Assembly: GCA_943788635.1 (NCBI GenBank)
Contig: CALSRA010000039.1
Coordinates: 3,265 to 67,264, forward strand
DNA length: 64,000 nt
Reading direction: 5' to 3'
Source of the DNA: an uncultured Alphaproteobacteria bacterium
GTDB lineage: Bacteria > Pseudomonadota > Alphaproteobacteria > UBA8366 > GCA-2717185
Shown here: in pieces, positions 1 through 10,187 of the stretch
Layout: the number at the start of each line of letters is the position of its first letter
How positions within the stretch are numbered: the first letter of the stretch is position 1
The notes under the pieces: model-generated
Seen by the model: the letters and a program-made list of their open reading frames with translations, nothing else
Databases searched by the model: none
Told to the model about the DNA's origin: nothing
Translations under genes and position numbers: made by a program

Positions 1-918
1 GAGCGATTCAATGAGCAGAGCGAGCGGCTGACGACGGCATCCATGCAGGCCGGGATGCAGGTTGACGACAATCGCGAGGGGCTGCGCGTACAGGCCGAGG
101 ATTTATCGCGCGCTGCCGCGGACGCCGTGCGGAGCATGCAATTGATCGGCGATGCTTTCGCCCAGCAATCATCCGGCCTGACTGGGGCGTCGGATCAGGT
201 TGCAGCGCGTTTGTCGGAACTGTCGGCGGCCTATCGTCAGCAGATCGAAACCGTCGGCGAAACCAGTGAAACGGCGAATGCCCAGATTCGGGAGGCAATG
301 GATGCGCTCGCGAAACAGGGGCCGGCAATGACCGAAGCGGCGGCACGCGCCCGCAGTACGTTCGAGAACGTGGCGGAAAAGGTCCAGGGCGGCAGCCGCA
401 ACATCAACGAAGCGCTGGACGATGCCATCCGCAAGGCAGAACGCACCGGTCAGGTGTTTGATCAGCAATCGACCCGACTGACGCAGGCGTCAGCCGATGC
501 GGCGGAACAGGCCCGCAGTCTGGCGGATCAGGAAATGACCCTGCGTCGCGACCTGTTCCTGAAGACGGCACGCTTCATTGTCGAGGATCTCGATTCCACC
601 GCCATTGATCTGACCCGGGTGTTGCACAGTGAGGTTTCTGAAGCCGACTGGAAGCGTTACGTGCGGGGCGACCGAGGCGTCTTTACACGGACCCTGCTGC
701 GCGGCAAACCGGCGTCCGCAACGGCGGGCATTACCGAAAAAATCAGAACCAACCCGGATATGCGCTACTACGTCATGCGCTACGTCGATCAGTTCGATCG
801 CCTGCTGGGCGAAGCGCAGGGCGCGGATCCGGAAAACCTGTTGCATTCCACTTTCATGACCGCGGATGTCGGCAAGCTTTACATCCTGTTGTGCCGTGCG
901 CTTGGCCGCGACGAATAG
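1..918 (+). CDS. C-terminal part of a large coiled-coil (apolipoprotein-repeat-like) polar scaffold protein, TipN/GPR-like; 5'-truncated
   Basis: Frame is open from base 1. Ala/Gln/Glu-rich helical sequence ends in 'WKRYVRGDRGVFTR...RYVDQFDRLL...TFMTADVGKLYILL', resembling the C-terminal domain of alphaproteobacterial TipN-like proteins. Confidence 0.6.
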   Translation, partial: ERFNEQSERLTTASMQAGMQVDDNREGLRVQAEDLSRAAADAVRSMQLIGDAFAQQSSGLTGASDQVAARLSELSAAYRQQIETVGETSETANAQIREAMDALAKQGPAMTEAAARARSTFENVAEKVQGGSRNINEALDDAIRKAERTGQVFDQQSTRLTQASADAAEQARSLADQEMTLRRDLFLKTARFIVEDLDSTAIDLTRVLHSEVSEADWKRYVRGDRGVFTRTLLRGKPASATAGITEKIRTNPDMRYYVMRYVDQFDRLLGEAQGADPENLLHSTFMTADVGKLYILLCRALGRDE

Positions 919-1444
919 CGGTCCATCCGCCGTCCGGGAGGGTTATCAAGTCCGCCCCGCGATCATGGATGACGCGGAGCCGTTGTTTCGGTTTGGCGAA
1001 AAACTTCTGTCGGAAAGCAGCTACTTTCTGCGCAGTCCGGGCGAACGGGCGCGATCCGTTGACGAGATGTACGCGATCATCGAGCGATTTTACGAGACAC
1101 CACACTATCTGCTGCTCAGTGCCTGGAAGGGCAATATGGTGGTTGGTGAATCGGTGGTGACCTGTGGCGATTTCCAGCGGAACCGGTTAACTGCAACGGT
1201 TGGTGTCGGCGTTCTGGCGGCACATTCCGGCTGCGGCATTGGCGCGGCACTGATGCAGGAAATGGAAGCCTTTGCGCTGCGTCGCCGGATGCGGCGGCTG
1301 GAACTGACCGTCATGGCGCCCAACACGCGGGCGCAAGTGCTGTATGAGCGGCTGGGTTATGTTTCTGAAGGGGTGAAACGTGACTCGCTGTTTGTCGATG
1401 GCGGGTTCGTTGATGAAGTCATGATGGCAAAAATACTGGCATGA
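902..1444 (+). CDS. GNAT family N-acetyltransferase
   Basis: Motif A 'VGVLAAHSGCGIGAALM' and 'LELTVMAPNTRAQVLYERLGY'. Start uncertain; TTG at 902 overlaps the upstream stop. Confidence 0.85.
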   Translation: MAATNSGPSAVREGYQVRPAIMDDAEPLFRFGEKLLSESSYFLRSPGERARSVDEMYAIIERFYETPHYLLLSAWKGNMVVGESVVTCGDFQRNRLTATVGVGVLAAHSGCGIGAALMQEMEAFALRRRMRRLELTVMAPNTRAQVLYERLGYVSEGVKRDSLFVDGGFVDEVMMAKILA

Positions 1445-1462
1445 GCGGGGGCATTCTTTGCG

Positions 1463-1756
1463 ATGATCGGTTGGTTGCTGGAACGTATATTCATGGACAA
1501 GAAGGGCCGCGAGAGCCGAAAGAAGGCCCGGCGCCTGAAGGAATCGCCGGCCGGGAGGCTGGCGGCGAAGCAGGCATCCGAAGAGGACGATGAGACCGGA
1601 ACTGAAGCCGGGGCGGATCCCGAACGGGAAAAGCTGCTCAGTGAAGCCATGACAATTTTCCGCCAGCGTCGTGCGGAGTATGACAAACTGGACGATGCCG
1701 TTCGTGACCGGATCGACAAAGCGGCGAGCGAGGCTTTTGGTGACAAGGATAAATAA
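1463..1756 (+). CDS. Small hypothetical protein (97 aa)
   Basis: Fills the gap between the GNAT and meaB; stop is 1 nt before the meaB ATG; charged helical composition. Confidence 0.65.
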   Translation: MIGWLLERIFMDKKGRESRKKARRLKESPAGRLAAKQASEEDDETGTEAGADPEREKLLSEAMTIFRQRRAEYDKLDDAVRDRIDKAASEAFGDKDK

Positions 1757-1757
1757 C

Positions 1758-2741
1758 ATGGAGGCCGAAGTCGCTTCGCTTGTATCGGAAGTCCGCAGCG
1801 GCGACCGGCGGGCGCTGGGTCGGGCGATAACGCTTGTTGAATCGCATCGCGGTGATGATCGGCCGCGCGCGGAAGCCCTGCTGGATGCCTTGCTGCCACA
1901 TCGGGTGCCATCCGTCCGGATTGGCATCTCCGGCGTGCCAGGGGTCGGGAAATCGACCTTTATTGAAGCCTTTGGCAATCATGTCATTGAACAGGGCCAC
2001 CGGGTTGCGGTGCTCGCCGTTGATCCGTCATCGTCGCTCAGTGGCGGCTCGATTCTGGGGGACAAGACCCGTATGGAAACGCTGGGTCGTGATTCCCGTG
2101 CCTTTATCCGCCCGTCGCCCGCCGGACGGTCGCTGGGTGGGGTGGCCCGGCGCACCCGCGAGGCGATTTCGGTCTGCGAAGCAGCGGGTTATGACGTTGT
2201 GCTGGTGGAAACCGTTGGCGTCGGCCAGTCTGAAACGGCGGTCCGGGATATGACCGATCTGTTCCTGCTTCTGTTGTCCCCTTCGGGCGGTGATGAATTG
2301 CAGGGTATGAAAAAGGGTATCGTCGAGCTGGCCGATCTGGTTCTGGTCAACAAGGCGGATGGGGCGTTTGAAACTGCTGCGCGGCATGCGGTTGCTGATT
2401 ATCGCAATGCGATCCATCTGTTGCGCCCGGCATCGCCCAACTGGCAGGTGCCGGTTGAAACCTGTTCCGCGCTTACCGGGATGGGTATTGCAGAGGCCTG
2501 GGAACAGGTTGGCGCCTATCGCACAGCCCTGGATGCCAGTGGCGAAATTCAGGCCCGGCGTGCGCAGCAGTCGAAAGCCTGGTTATGGTCGGAAGTCAGC
2601 GACTCCCTTATCGAGGCGCTTCGCGCGCATCCGGGCGTGGCATCCTCGCTGGAATCGCTGGAGGGGCGCGTTGCGCGGGGGGATATCACGCCGGCCCATG
2701 CTGCACGGCAATTGCTGGAAGCATTTCTGGGAAACGGATAA
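1758..2741 (+). CDS. meaB: Methylmalonyl-CoA mutase-associated GTPase MeaB (ArgK/MMAA family)
   Basis: 'RRALGRAITLVES', P-loop 'GVPGVGKST', 'AVDPSS...GGSILGDKTRM', 'VETVGVGQSE', 'GDELQGMKKG', 'VNKAD'. Confidence 0.95.
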   Translation: MEAEVASLVSEVRSGDRRALGRAITLVESHRGDDRPRAEALLDALLPHRVPSVRIGISGVPGVGKSTFIEAFGNHVIEQGHRVAVLAVDPSSSLSGGSILGDKTRMETLGRDSRAFIRPSPAGRSLGGVARRTREAISVCEAAGYDVVLVETVGVGQSETAVRDMTDLFLLLLSPSGGDELQGMKKGIVELADLVLVNKADGAFETAARHAVADYRNAIHLLRPASPNWQVPVETCSALTGMGIAEAWEQVGAYRTALDASGEIQARRAQQSKAWLWSEVSDSLIEALRAHPGVASSLESLEGRVARGDITPAHAARQLLEAFLGNG

Positions 2742-2755
2742 TTTGCCGCTCTGCC

Positions 2756-2784
2756 TTGACGGACCGCCGTGGTTGCCGTAAAAA
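2756..2784 (+). promoter_or_regulatory. Putative sigma70 promoter of rpmB
   Basis: TTGACG-N17-TAAAAA ending about 56 nt upstream of the rpmB ATG. Confidence 0.55.
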
Positions 2785-2840
2785 GCGCGGCCTTCACGAG
2801 AATACCGTGCAGGGCCTGAATTTTTATTGAGGGTTTGATT

Positions 2841-3131
2841 ATGTCTCGACGTTGCAGCATCACCGGCAAGGGCGTTATGTCCGGAAATAATGTCAGCCAC
2901 GCACATAACAAGACGCGTCGGCGCTTTCTGCCCAATCTGCAGCGCTCCTCGTTGCTGAGCGATGCCCTCGGCCAGTCCGTGAAGTTGCGGATCAGCACCA
3001 GCACGATCCGCACGATCGAGAAGAACGGCGGCCTGGACGCATATCTGCTCGGCACATCGAATCGCCATCTGACACTTGAAGGTCAGCGGCTGAAAAAGCG
3101 GATCCAGCGCGCGAGTGCTACAGCCAGCTGA
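2841..3131 (+). CDS. rpmB: 50S ribosomal protein L28
   Basis: '[34 protein letters not shown]'; GAGG RBS. Confidence 0.97.
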   Translation: MSRRCSITGKGVMSGNNVSHAHNKTRRRFLPNLQRSSLLSDALGQSVKLRISTSTIRTIEKNGGLDAYLLGTSNRHLTLEGQRLKKRIQRASATAS

Positions 3132-3197
3132 CGCGGTCTAGCGGCTGACGCGACTTGTCAGCCCACACTTCTGGCCTAATATTTTTATACCCGACGG

Positions 3198-3230
3198 CGT
3201 CCGCTACATCGTAGCGGATGTGCCTGTTTC
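3198..3230 (+). terminator. Stem-loop downstream of rpmB, possible intrinsic terminator
   Basis: CGTCCGCTAC-ATC-GTAGCGGATG hairpin followed by a weak T-rich tail. Confidence 0.4.
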
Positions 3231-3408
3231 TGCCGTTTGTTGACAGCATAAACCCGGTATTACCGACCGTTGTCCGGTTTCCTTCCCCCAAATGCCGTTG
3301 ATCGTCGCGACTTTTTTGTCGAACAATTACGCAATTGTACGATTGATCCGTTCGTAAAGTGCCGTAAAGTCATGATCCTGAATGAATTCAATGAGAAGGG
3401 CATGATCC

Positions 3409-4185
3409 ATGCTGGCACGCCGCGATATCCTCAAGGGAATGGCATCGGCGCCATTGGCGGGCGTGCCGCTGGCGGCAGTCCTGGCGGATCCTGGCCTGGC
3501 CCGTGCTGCTGCGGCGGGGTTGAAACAACAGACTGCCAAGTTGGCCAGTGGTGCGCCAATCGATGCCTGGCTGGCGGTCCCCGCGAAGACGCCGGCACCG
3601 GCAATTGTGACCATCCATGAATGGTGGGGGCTGAACGACCAGATCAAGGCCGTGACAGCAGAGTATGCGAAACAGGGTTTCCTGGCGCTTTCAATTGACC
3701 TGATGGGCGGTTCCGTGGCGAAGACGCCCGAGGCCGCGAAGGCGCAGATGGCTGCGGTTGACCCTGCAGCGGCGACGGAGACGGCAGCGCATTGGGTGAA
3801 ATGGTTGCGGGCGCATGCAGCGTCGAACGGCAAGGTCGGGACTGTTGGGTGGTGTTTCGGCGGCGGCTGGTCGCTGAATGCCTCGATTGCGGCGCCCGTC
3901 GATGCAACCGTCATCTATTACGGAAATGTGGCGCGCCCGGCAGCGGATCTGAAAAAGCTGAAAGGACCGGTTATGGGTCATTTCGCTACCGAAGATAAAT
4001 GGATCAACCGGGAAATGGTCGACGGGTTCAAATCCACGATGCAGGTGGCGGACAAGCCGCTCACGACGCATTGGTATGAGGCAAATCACGGTTTCGCCAA
4101 CCCGACGGGGGCGCGCTACGATGAGGGTGATACCCAGTTGGCCTGGTCACGAACGCTCGGGTTTTTCACGCAATATCTGGCCTGA
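3409..4185 (+). CDS. Dienelactone hydrolase family protein with Tat signal
   Basis: 'ARRDILKG' twin-arginine motif; 'IHEWWGLN'; nucleophile 'GWCFGG'; 'HGFANP'. Confidence 0.9.
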   Translation: MLARRDILKGMASAPLAGVPLAAVLADPGLARAAAAGLKQQTAKLASGAPIDAWLAVPAKTPAPAIVTIHEWWGLNDQIKAVTAEYAKQGFLALSIDLMGGSVAKTPEAAKAQMAAVDPAAATETAAHWVKWLRAHAASNGKVGTVGWCFGGGWSLNASIAAPVDATVIYYGNVARPAADLKKLKGPVMGHFATEDKWINREMVDGFKSTMQVADKPLTTHWYEANHGFANPTGARYDEGDTQLAWSRTLGFFTQYLA

Positions 4186-4202
4186 CACCGCGCGCGATAC
4201 GA

Positions 4203-6071
4203 TCAGCGTCGCTTGGGTCCTCTTGCACCGGTGCCGCGACTGGATTCCTCGTCGAACAGCTCCGCCAGTTTTTCCATCATCGTGCCACCCAGTTGTTCGA
4301 CATCGACAATGGTGACGGCGCGTTTGTAGTAGCGCGTGACGTCATGGCCGATGCCGATGGCGATCAGCTCTACCGGTGAGCGCGTTTCTACATATTCGAT
4401 GACATCGCGCAGGTGCCGTTCCAGGTAGTTGCCCGGATTGACTGACAGCGTTGAATCATCGACCGGCGCCCCGTCGGAAATGACCATGAGGATGCGGCGC
4501 TGTTCCGGGCGGGCCATCAGCCGATCATGCGCCCACATCAACGCTTCGCCGTCGATATTTTCCTTCAGCAGCCCTTCGCGCAGCATCAGGCCCAAATTCT
4601 TGCGGGCCCGCCGCCAGGGCGCGTCCGCGGCTTTGTAGACGATGTGCCGCAGATCGTTCAGCCGCCCCGGATTCGGGCGCTTGCCTTCGGCAATCCACTG
4701 TTCGCGCGACTGTCCGCCTTTCCAGGCCCGTGTGGTAAAGCCCAGCACCTCTACCTTGACGCCGCACCGTTCCAGCGTCCGCGCAAGGACGTCAGCGCTC
4801 ATGGCGGCGATGGTGATCGGTCGGCCGCGCATCGATCCCGAATTATCGATCAGCAATGTCACAACGGTATCGCGGAAGTCGGTTTCCTGTTCCTGCTTGA
4901 AGGACAGCGGGTAAAGCGGATTGGTGACGACACGCACCAGGCGGGCCGTATCCAGCATGCCTTCTTCCAGATTGAAATCCCAGGACCGGGTCTGCTTCGC
5001 CAGCAAGCGCCGCTGCAACCGGTTCGCCAGGCGACCAATCAGGCCCTGCAACTGCGCCAGTTGCTGATCCAGAAGCTGACGCAACCGGGTCAGTTCCTCC
5101 GGATCGCACAAGGTTTCCGCCAGGACGACTTCATCATGGGCTTCGGTATAGGCCGCGTAGAATGGCTCGCGTGGGACATTGGACAGGTCGTGCTCCGGCC
5201 GCCAGCGCTTGCCAGGATCGCCTGGCTCCTCGCTGCCATCCGCTGGCATCATCTCGCCGTCTGAATCTTCCGGATTGGTGTCGCCGTCTTCCTCGTCACC
5301 GCCTTCGGCCTCACTGGAATCGCCACCGGCTTCCCCGGCTGCGTCGGACGAATCGCCACCTTCATCCTCCGATTCGGATTGCATCGAATCCTCGTCCGAC
5401 TCGTCATCACCGGCTTCGCTGTCCTCGGACTCGTCTTCAATGCCGATTTCGATATCGAGGTCGGTAATCAGCTGGCGTGCTGCCCGGCTGTACGCCGCCT
5501 GATCATTGACGAACGCACTCAGTTCCTCCAGATCAGCACCGATCTTGTCCCGCAGTTCCGCTTCCCATTGATCAAACACGCCCTGTGCGGCCGGCGGCGG
5601 TTCGGCGCCGGTAAACATCTGCCGCGCCATCAGGCGTACGGCTTCCGGCATGGTCGCATCATTGCGTTCGGTAACCCGGTGCAGCCCCTCGCGACGGTAA
5701 CGGTCTTCCAGCGCCGCGGCGATGTTATCGTCCAGCCCGGACATGCGTTTGGCGCCAATGGCTTCGACGCGCGCCTGTTCCAGCATTTCAAAGATTGCCG
5801 GCGCGACATCGCCCCCTGGCTTCAGCCGCGCATGGAGTGATGGGTCGTGGTGGCGCATTTTCAGCGCCAGTGCATCGGCTTCACCCCGGACCTGTGCGAC
5901 TTCATCCTGCGGCAAATTCCGGCTCGGGAACGGCAACCGCGCACGATTGCCGATGACGCCCGGCGGTTCGGCCGTGAAAGAGACATCGACTTCGGAATCA
6001 TCCGCCACCGCGCGGAAACAGGCCGCCACGGCGCGTTTGAAACTCTCGATTGGGGGTTCGCCCTCGCTCAT
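4203..6071 (-). CDS. cobT: Cobaltochelatase subunit CobT (vWA)
   Basis: Acidic linker; MIDAS '[14 protein letters not shown]'; 'GRLNDLRHI', 'KENIDGEAL', '[12 protein letters not shown]'; follows cobS. Confidence 0.95.
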   Translation of the reverse strand: MSEGEPPIESFKRAVAACFRAVADDSEVDVSFTAEPPGVIGNRARLPFPSRNLPQDEVAQVRGEADALALKMRHHDPSLHARLKPGGDVAPAIFEMLEQARVEAIGAKRMSGLDDNIAAALEDRYRREGLHRVTERNDATMPEAVRLMARQMFTGAEPPPAAQGVFDQWEAELRDKIGADLEELSAFVNDQAAYSRAARQLITDLDIEIGIEDESEDSEAGDDESDEDSMQSESEDEGGDSSDAAGEAGGDSSEAEGGDEEDGDTNPEDSDGEMMPADGSEEPGDPGKRWRPEHDLSNVPREPFYAAYTEAHDEVVLAETLCDPEELTRLRQLLDQQLAQLQGLIGRLANRLQRRLLAKQTRSWDFNLEEGMLDTARLVRVVTNPLYPLSFKQEQETDFRDTVVTLLIDNSGSMRGRPITIAAMSADVLARTLERCGVKVEVLGFTTRAWKGGQSREQWIAEGKRPNPGRLNDLRHIVYKAADAPWRRARKNLGLMLREGLLKENIDGEALMWAHDRLMARPEQRRILMVISDGAPVDDSTLSVNPGNYLERHLRDVIEYVETRSPVELIAIGIGHDVTRYYKRAVTIVDVEQLGGTMMEKLAELFDEESSRGTGARGPKRR

Positions 6072-6081
6072 TCCCGCGCCG

Positions 6082-7080
6082 TCAGCTCGCAGCTTGCAGG
6101 ATGCCGGATTCAGGCAGGTCAGTACCGAAGCAGCGCTGATAGTATTCAGCGACGATTGACCGTTCCGTTTCGTCGCATTTGTTCAGGAACGTGACGCGGA
6201 AAGCAAAACCGATATCGTGGAAGATATCCGTATTCTCCGCCCAGGTGATGACCGTGCGGGGTGACATGACGGTTGAAATGTCGCCGCCGATGAACCCGGC
6301 GCGGGTCAGATCGGCAAGGGCCACCATCTTTTCGATCATGGCGCGGCCTTCCGGATTGTCGTAGGTCGGCAGCTTTGCAACGACGATCTGTTCCTCGACC
6401 TCATGGGCCAGGTAATTCAGTGTCGTGACAATGTTCCAGCGATCCATCTGGCCCTGGTTGATCTGCTGCGTGCCGTGATACAGGCCGGTCGTATCGCCAA
6501 GACCGACTGTATTCGCCGTGGCGAACAAGCGGAAAAATTTGTGCGGACGGATAATCCGGCTCTGATCCAGCAAGGTCAGCTTGCCTTCGATTTCGAGGAT
6601 TCGCTGGATCACGAACATGACGTCAGGTCGGCCGGCGTCGTATTCGTCGAAGCACAGGGCGCACGGGCCCTGCAGTGCCCAGGGCAGGATGCCTTCGCGA
6701 AATTCCGTTACCTGCATGCCGTCGCGCAACACGATCGCGTCCTTGCCAAGCAGATCGATCCGGCTGATATGGCTGTCCAGATTGACGCGTACACAGGGCC
6801 AGTTCAGCCGCGCGGCAACCTGTTCGACATGGGTCGATTTACCGGTGCCGTGATAACCCTGGATCATGACGCGCCGGTTATGGCCGAAGCCGGCCAGGAT
6901 CGCCATCGTGGTCTCGTGATCAAAGACGTAGGTTTCGTCCAGATCAGGCACATAGTCGGACCCGACCGAAAATGCCGGGACAACCATGTCGCTGTCCAGG
7001 CCGAAAACCTGGCGAACGGAAACCTCAATGTCGGGCGCGTCGAGTTCGTGGGCCCGGGCTGGGCTGTCGGTCGTGTTCAT
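6082..7080 (-). CDS. cobS: Cobaltochelatase subunit CobS (AAA+)
   Basis: Walker A 'GYHGTGKST', Walker B '[12 protein letters not shown]', '[28 protein letters not shown]'. Confidence 0.96.
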   Translation of the reverse strand: MNTTDSPARAHELDAPDIEVSVRQVFGLDSDMVVPAFSVGSDYVPDLDETYVFDHETTMAILAGFGHNRRVMIQGYHGTGKSTHVEQVAARLNWPCVRVNLDSHISRIDLLGKDAIVLRDGMQVTEFREGILPWALQGPCALCFDEYDAGRPDVMFVIQRILEIEGKLTLLDQSRIIRPHKFFRLFATANTVGLGDTTGLYHGTQQINQGQMDRWNIVTTLNYLAHEVEEQIVVAKLPTYDNPEGRAMIEKMVALADLTRAGFIGGDISTVMSPRTVITWAENTDIFHDIGFAFRVTFLNKCDETERSIVAEYYQRCFGTDLPESGILQAAS

Positions 7081-7119
7081 ATACGTGAGTCCAGTCGTGT
7101 TTGAAGCAATAATGGGATG

Positions 7120-7698
7120 CTAGGCTGCGAGAAATTTCTTAATCGTGGCGTAGGCTTGATTGATGTCCTTCAATTTATCTTCCGCCTTCGCGTCGCCGCC
7201 ATTGGCATCAGGGTGTAGTTGTTTGACTAAATCCTTATAACGCGACTTCAACTCGGTCAAGGTTACTGGCGGTTCAATCTCCATGATTTGCAACGCCTGG
7301 CGAATATGGGTGGGCGTTTGGGTATCGTCCTTGCTGTGTTGTTTCTGCTGGCGCCGGGCGCTGGCGGCCGCTTCGAATGCGCCCAGATCGTCACGGAAAC
7401 TGGTGCGCGGGCTGAATGCACCGCCTTTTTCGCTGCCCAGCGGCCATGTCGGTCGCCGCCACACAGTATCATTGCGGATTTCCTGCTCGACCTGACGGTT
7501 CGTCATGCCGGTGTAAAAATTCCATTGGCTGTTGTATTCGCGGACATGTTCCAGGCAGAACCAGTGGTGGTCATTTAACTGCTCACGGCCCTTCGGCGCG
7601 CGATGCGTCGCCGCAGCAGCGCATCCCGGATGGTCGCAGCCCAGCGCCTGATTGCCGTTCCGCGAAGTTCCGACAATGGATTTTCCTAAATGATCCAT
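7120..7698 (-). CDS. C-terminal J-domain (DnaJ-like) protein
   Basis: 'CDHPGC...HRAPK...FCLEHVREYN' N-terminus and a C-terminal 'LHPD' J-domain; usual neighbour of cobS. Confidence 0.9.
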   Translation of the reverse strand: MDHLGKSIVGTSRNGNQALGCDHPGCAAAATHRAPKGREQLNDHHWFCLEHVREYNSQWNFYTGMTNRQVEQEIRNDTVWRRPTWPLGSEKGGAFSPRTSFRDDLGAFEAAASARRQQKQHSKDDTQTPTHIRQALQIMEIEPPVTLTELKSRYKDLVKQLHPDANGGDAKAEDKLKDINQAYATIKKFLAA

Positions 7699-7785
7699 AG
7701 AAAACAGTATGATCGTGGCAGGCGGCTATGACAAGGCAGGACAGCCTGTGGAACGCTTGATTTTTCCCGTGGCGACGCCTGGCGT

Positions 7786-9075
7786 TCAGAAAACGTCTTC
7801 TGCCTCGGCTTTTTCCGGGGGGCGCACCCGGATTGACGAAACCTGGTTGCGTTGACGCCGCAGAATTTCGAACCGGAAGCCGTAAAACGTGAAAAGCTGG
7901 CCGGGTTCGGGAATGCGCCGTGCTTCATGAAGAATCAGGCCTGCCAGCGTCGAAGCCGCGTCATCGGGCAATGCCCATTCGAATTCGCGGTTCAGATCGC
8001 GCAACGTTACGGATCCGGCAATAACGTAAGAGCCATCCGTCTGGCGCCGGGCGCCGGGAACGGCGATATCCTGTTCGTCTTCGATGCTGCCGACAATTTC
8101 TTCCAGAATATCTTCCAGCGTCACAATTCCCATTGTTGCGCCGTATTCGTCGATAACGATGGAAAAATGCTCCCGTCGCTCCCGGAATGCCTCCAGTTGG
8201 TCCAGAAGCGTCGTTGTTTCCGGAATGAACCAGGGCTTGGCGGTGAGCGCCAGCAGGTCATCTGTGGTCATTTCCATATTTTTCGCCCGCAGCTCCCGCA
8301 GCAGCGGCTTGGCATGCAGGATGCCGATAATGTTGTCCGGCTCATTGCGGTAAATAGGGATACGCGTATACGGGCTTGTCAGCGCCTGATCGAGTGCCGC
8401 CTCGATCGGGTCGTCGGCGTTGATCAGGGTAACATTCCGGCGATGGGTCATGACGTCTTCGACGGCAACATCGTCAAGATCCAGGATACTGCGCAGCATG
8501 AGCCGTTCATGCCGGACTTCCGGGTCCGGCCCGGCATGCAGGTCGATTGCGCCGCGTAATTCCTCTTCGCTCTGGGTCAGGCCAAGTTCATCACCCAGCC
8601 TGATTCCGAAGGGCCGAACCGAAAGCCGGACCAGCAATTGAATCGAATGGGTTAACGGTGACAGCACGAATACCAGAATCTTGATAATCGGGGCGACAGC
8701 CAGCGCGACCCGGTCCGCGTTGCCGATGGCATATGTTTTTGGCAATACCTCGGAAAAAATGACAATCAGCAGCGTCATGATGAGCGTTGCGTAGGCAACA
8801 CCGGCATCGCCGAAGAAAATCAGCAAAGTGTATGTGGCCAAAACCGATGCCAGAATATTAACGACGTTATTGCCCAGCAGAATGGCGCCGATCAGCCGGT
8901 CTTTTCGATCAAACAGGTCGAGCACGACCTGCGCGCGCGCGTTTCCCTGCTTGGCGAGTTGGTGCAGTCGTTGCCGCGATGCCGCGGTCAGCGCCGTTTC
9001 CGATCCTGAAAAGAACGCTGAAAACAGCAGCAGGACAAGAATCGCCAGAAGGATGGCTGTATCGACGAGGGTCAT
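7786..9075 (-). CDS. HlyC/CorC (CNNM, DUF21-CBS-CorC) family transporter
   Basis: 'SAFFSGSETALT', 'ILLGNNVVNI', 'FSEVLPK', CBS pair 'VIDEYG...GIVTLEDILEEIVG'. Confidence 0.92.
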   Translation of the reverse strand: MTLVDTAILLAILVLLLFSAFFSGSETALTAASRQRLHQLAKQGNARAQVVLDLFDRKDRLIGAILLGNNVVNILASVLATYTLLIFFGDAGVAYATLIMTLLIVIFSEVLPKTYAIGNADRVALAVAPIIKILVFVLSPLTHSIQLLVRLSVRPFGIRLGDELGLTQSEEELRGAIDLHAGPDPEVRHERLMLRSILDLDDVAVEDVMTHRRNVTLINADDPIEAALDQALTSPYTRIPIYRNEPDNIIGILHAKPLLRELRAKNMEMTTDDLLALTAKPWFIPETTTLLDQLEAFRERREHFSIVIDEYGATMGIVTLEDILEEIVGSIEDEQDIAVPGARRQTDGSYVIAGSVTLRDLNREFEWALPDDAASTLAGLILHEARRIPEPGQLFTFYGFRFEILRRQRNQVSSIRVRPPEKAEAEDVF

Positions 9076-10187
9076 CCGGCGGTGGCTTCTTCCAGGGTTT
9101 CAAGAATATCCTCTTCACGCACTTCCCGGCTGAGAAATGCCTGTCCGATGCCGCGTGTGAGAACAAAGGTCATCTTGCCGTCCTGTACTTTCTTGTCCTT
9201 GCGCATATGGGCCAGAAGCGCTTTTGAACCCCATACGGTGCCCTGTACTGGTTTCAAAACGGTTTCGAGGCCGACGATTTCGAAATGGCGATGGACCCGC
9301 GCCGCGTCCTCAGCCGGGCATAAACCCATGCGGACGGACAGGTCGAACGCCATGCCCATGCCGATGGCGACACCTTCGCCGTGCAGCATGATCCCGCCGT
9401 ATCCCGTTTCAGCTTCAAGGGCGTGGCCGAAGGTATGGCCAAAATTAAGCAATGCGCGTTGCCCGGATTCACGTTCATCCGCGGCAACTATTGCTGCTTT
9501 CGCCTGACAGCTTTTGACAACGGCATGTCGGCGGGCTTCCAGATTGTCTTCACACAGCGATACGCCATGCTCTTCAAGCCAGTAGAAGAATTCTGGGTCG
9601 TCGATCAGCCCGTATTTCACGACTTCCGCATAGCCGGCGAGCAATTCGCGCCGCGGCAGCGTATCGAGTATGCCGACATCCGCAAGGACAAGTCGCGGTT
9701 GATGGAACGCACCGATTAGGTTCTTCCCCTGTGAGGCGTTAATGGCGGTCTTGCCGCCAACCGAGCTGTCGACCTGTGCCAGCAATGTGGTCGGGATCTG
9801 GATATAGTCGATACCGCGCAACAACACCGCTGCAGCGAACCCGGTGATGTCGCCGATCATGCCGCCGCCTAACGCGATCAGCGAACTGGATCTTTCGATC
9901 CGATGCGACAGCAGGGTATCGATAAGTGTCTGAAGATGCGCAAAGCTTTTCGTGCCATCACCTGGCGGAAGGATGACGACGTCGCTGCTGATACCCGCCA
10001 GTTCCAGGCTGCGCTGTAACGTTTCCAGATGAAGCGGCGCAACATTTTCGTCGGTTACGATGACGGTCCTGTCCAGTTTCATCAGCGGCTTGATGTGGTC
10101 GCCGGCCGACGCAAGCAGCCCTTCGCCGACAAGCACATCATAGCTACGGTCCCCCAGATTAACATGGACCGTTTCAGAGCCGCTCAT
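9072..10187 (-). CDS. aroB: 3-dehydroquinate synthase
   Basis: 'ALGGGMIGDITGF', 'PTTLLAQVDSSVGGKTAIN', 'LNFGHTFGHALE', 'LHGEGV'. Confidence 0.96.
   Translation of the reverse strand: MSGSETVHVNLGDRSYDVLVGEGLLASAGDHIKPLMKLDRTVIVTDENVAPLHLETLQRSLELAGISSDVVILPPGDGTKSFAHLQTLIDTLLSHRIERSSSLIALGGGMIGDITGFAAAVLLRGIDYIQIPTTLLAQVDSSVGGKTAINASQGKNLIGAFHQPRLVLADVGILDTLPRRELLAGYAEVVKYGLIDDPEFFYWLEEHGVSLCEDNLEARRHAVVKSCQAKAAIVAADERESGQRALLNFGHTFGHALEAETGYGGIMLHGEGVAIGMGMAFDLSVRMGLCPAEDAARVHRHFEIVGLETVLKPVQGTVWGSKALLAHMRKDKKVQDGKMTFVLTRGIGQAFLSREVREEDILETLEEATAG

Noticed and set aside
4203-7080. cobS/cobT as evidence of a B12 biosynthesis cluster or novel MoxR system
   Set aside because: A stand-alone J-domain-cobS-cobT block without cobN is routine in Alphaproteobacteria; the acidic stretch is the normal CobT linker.
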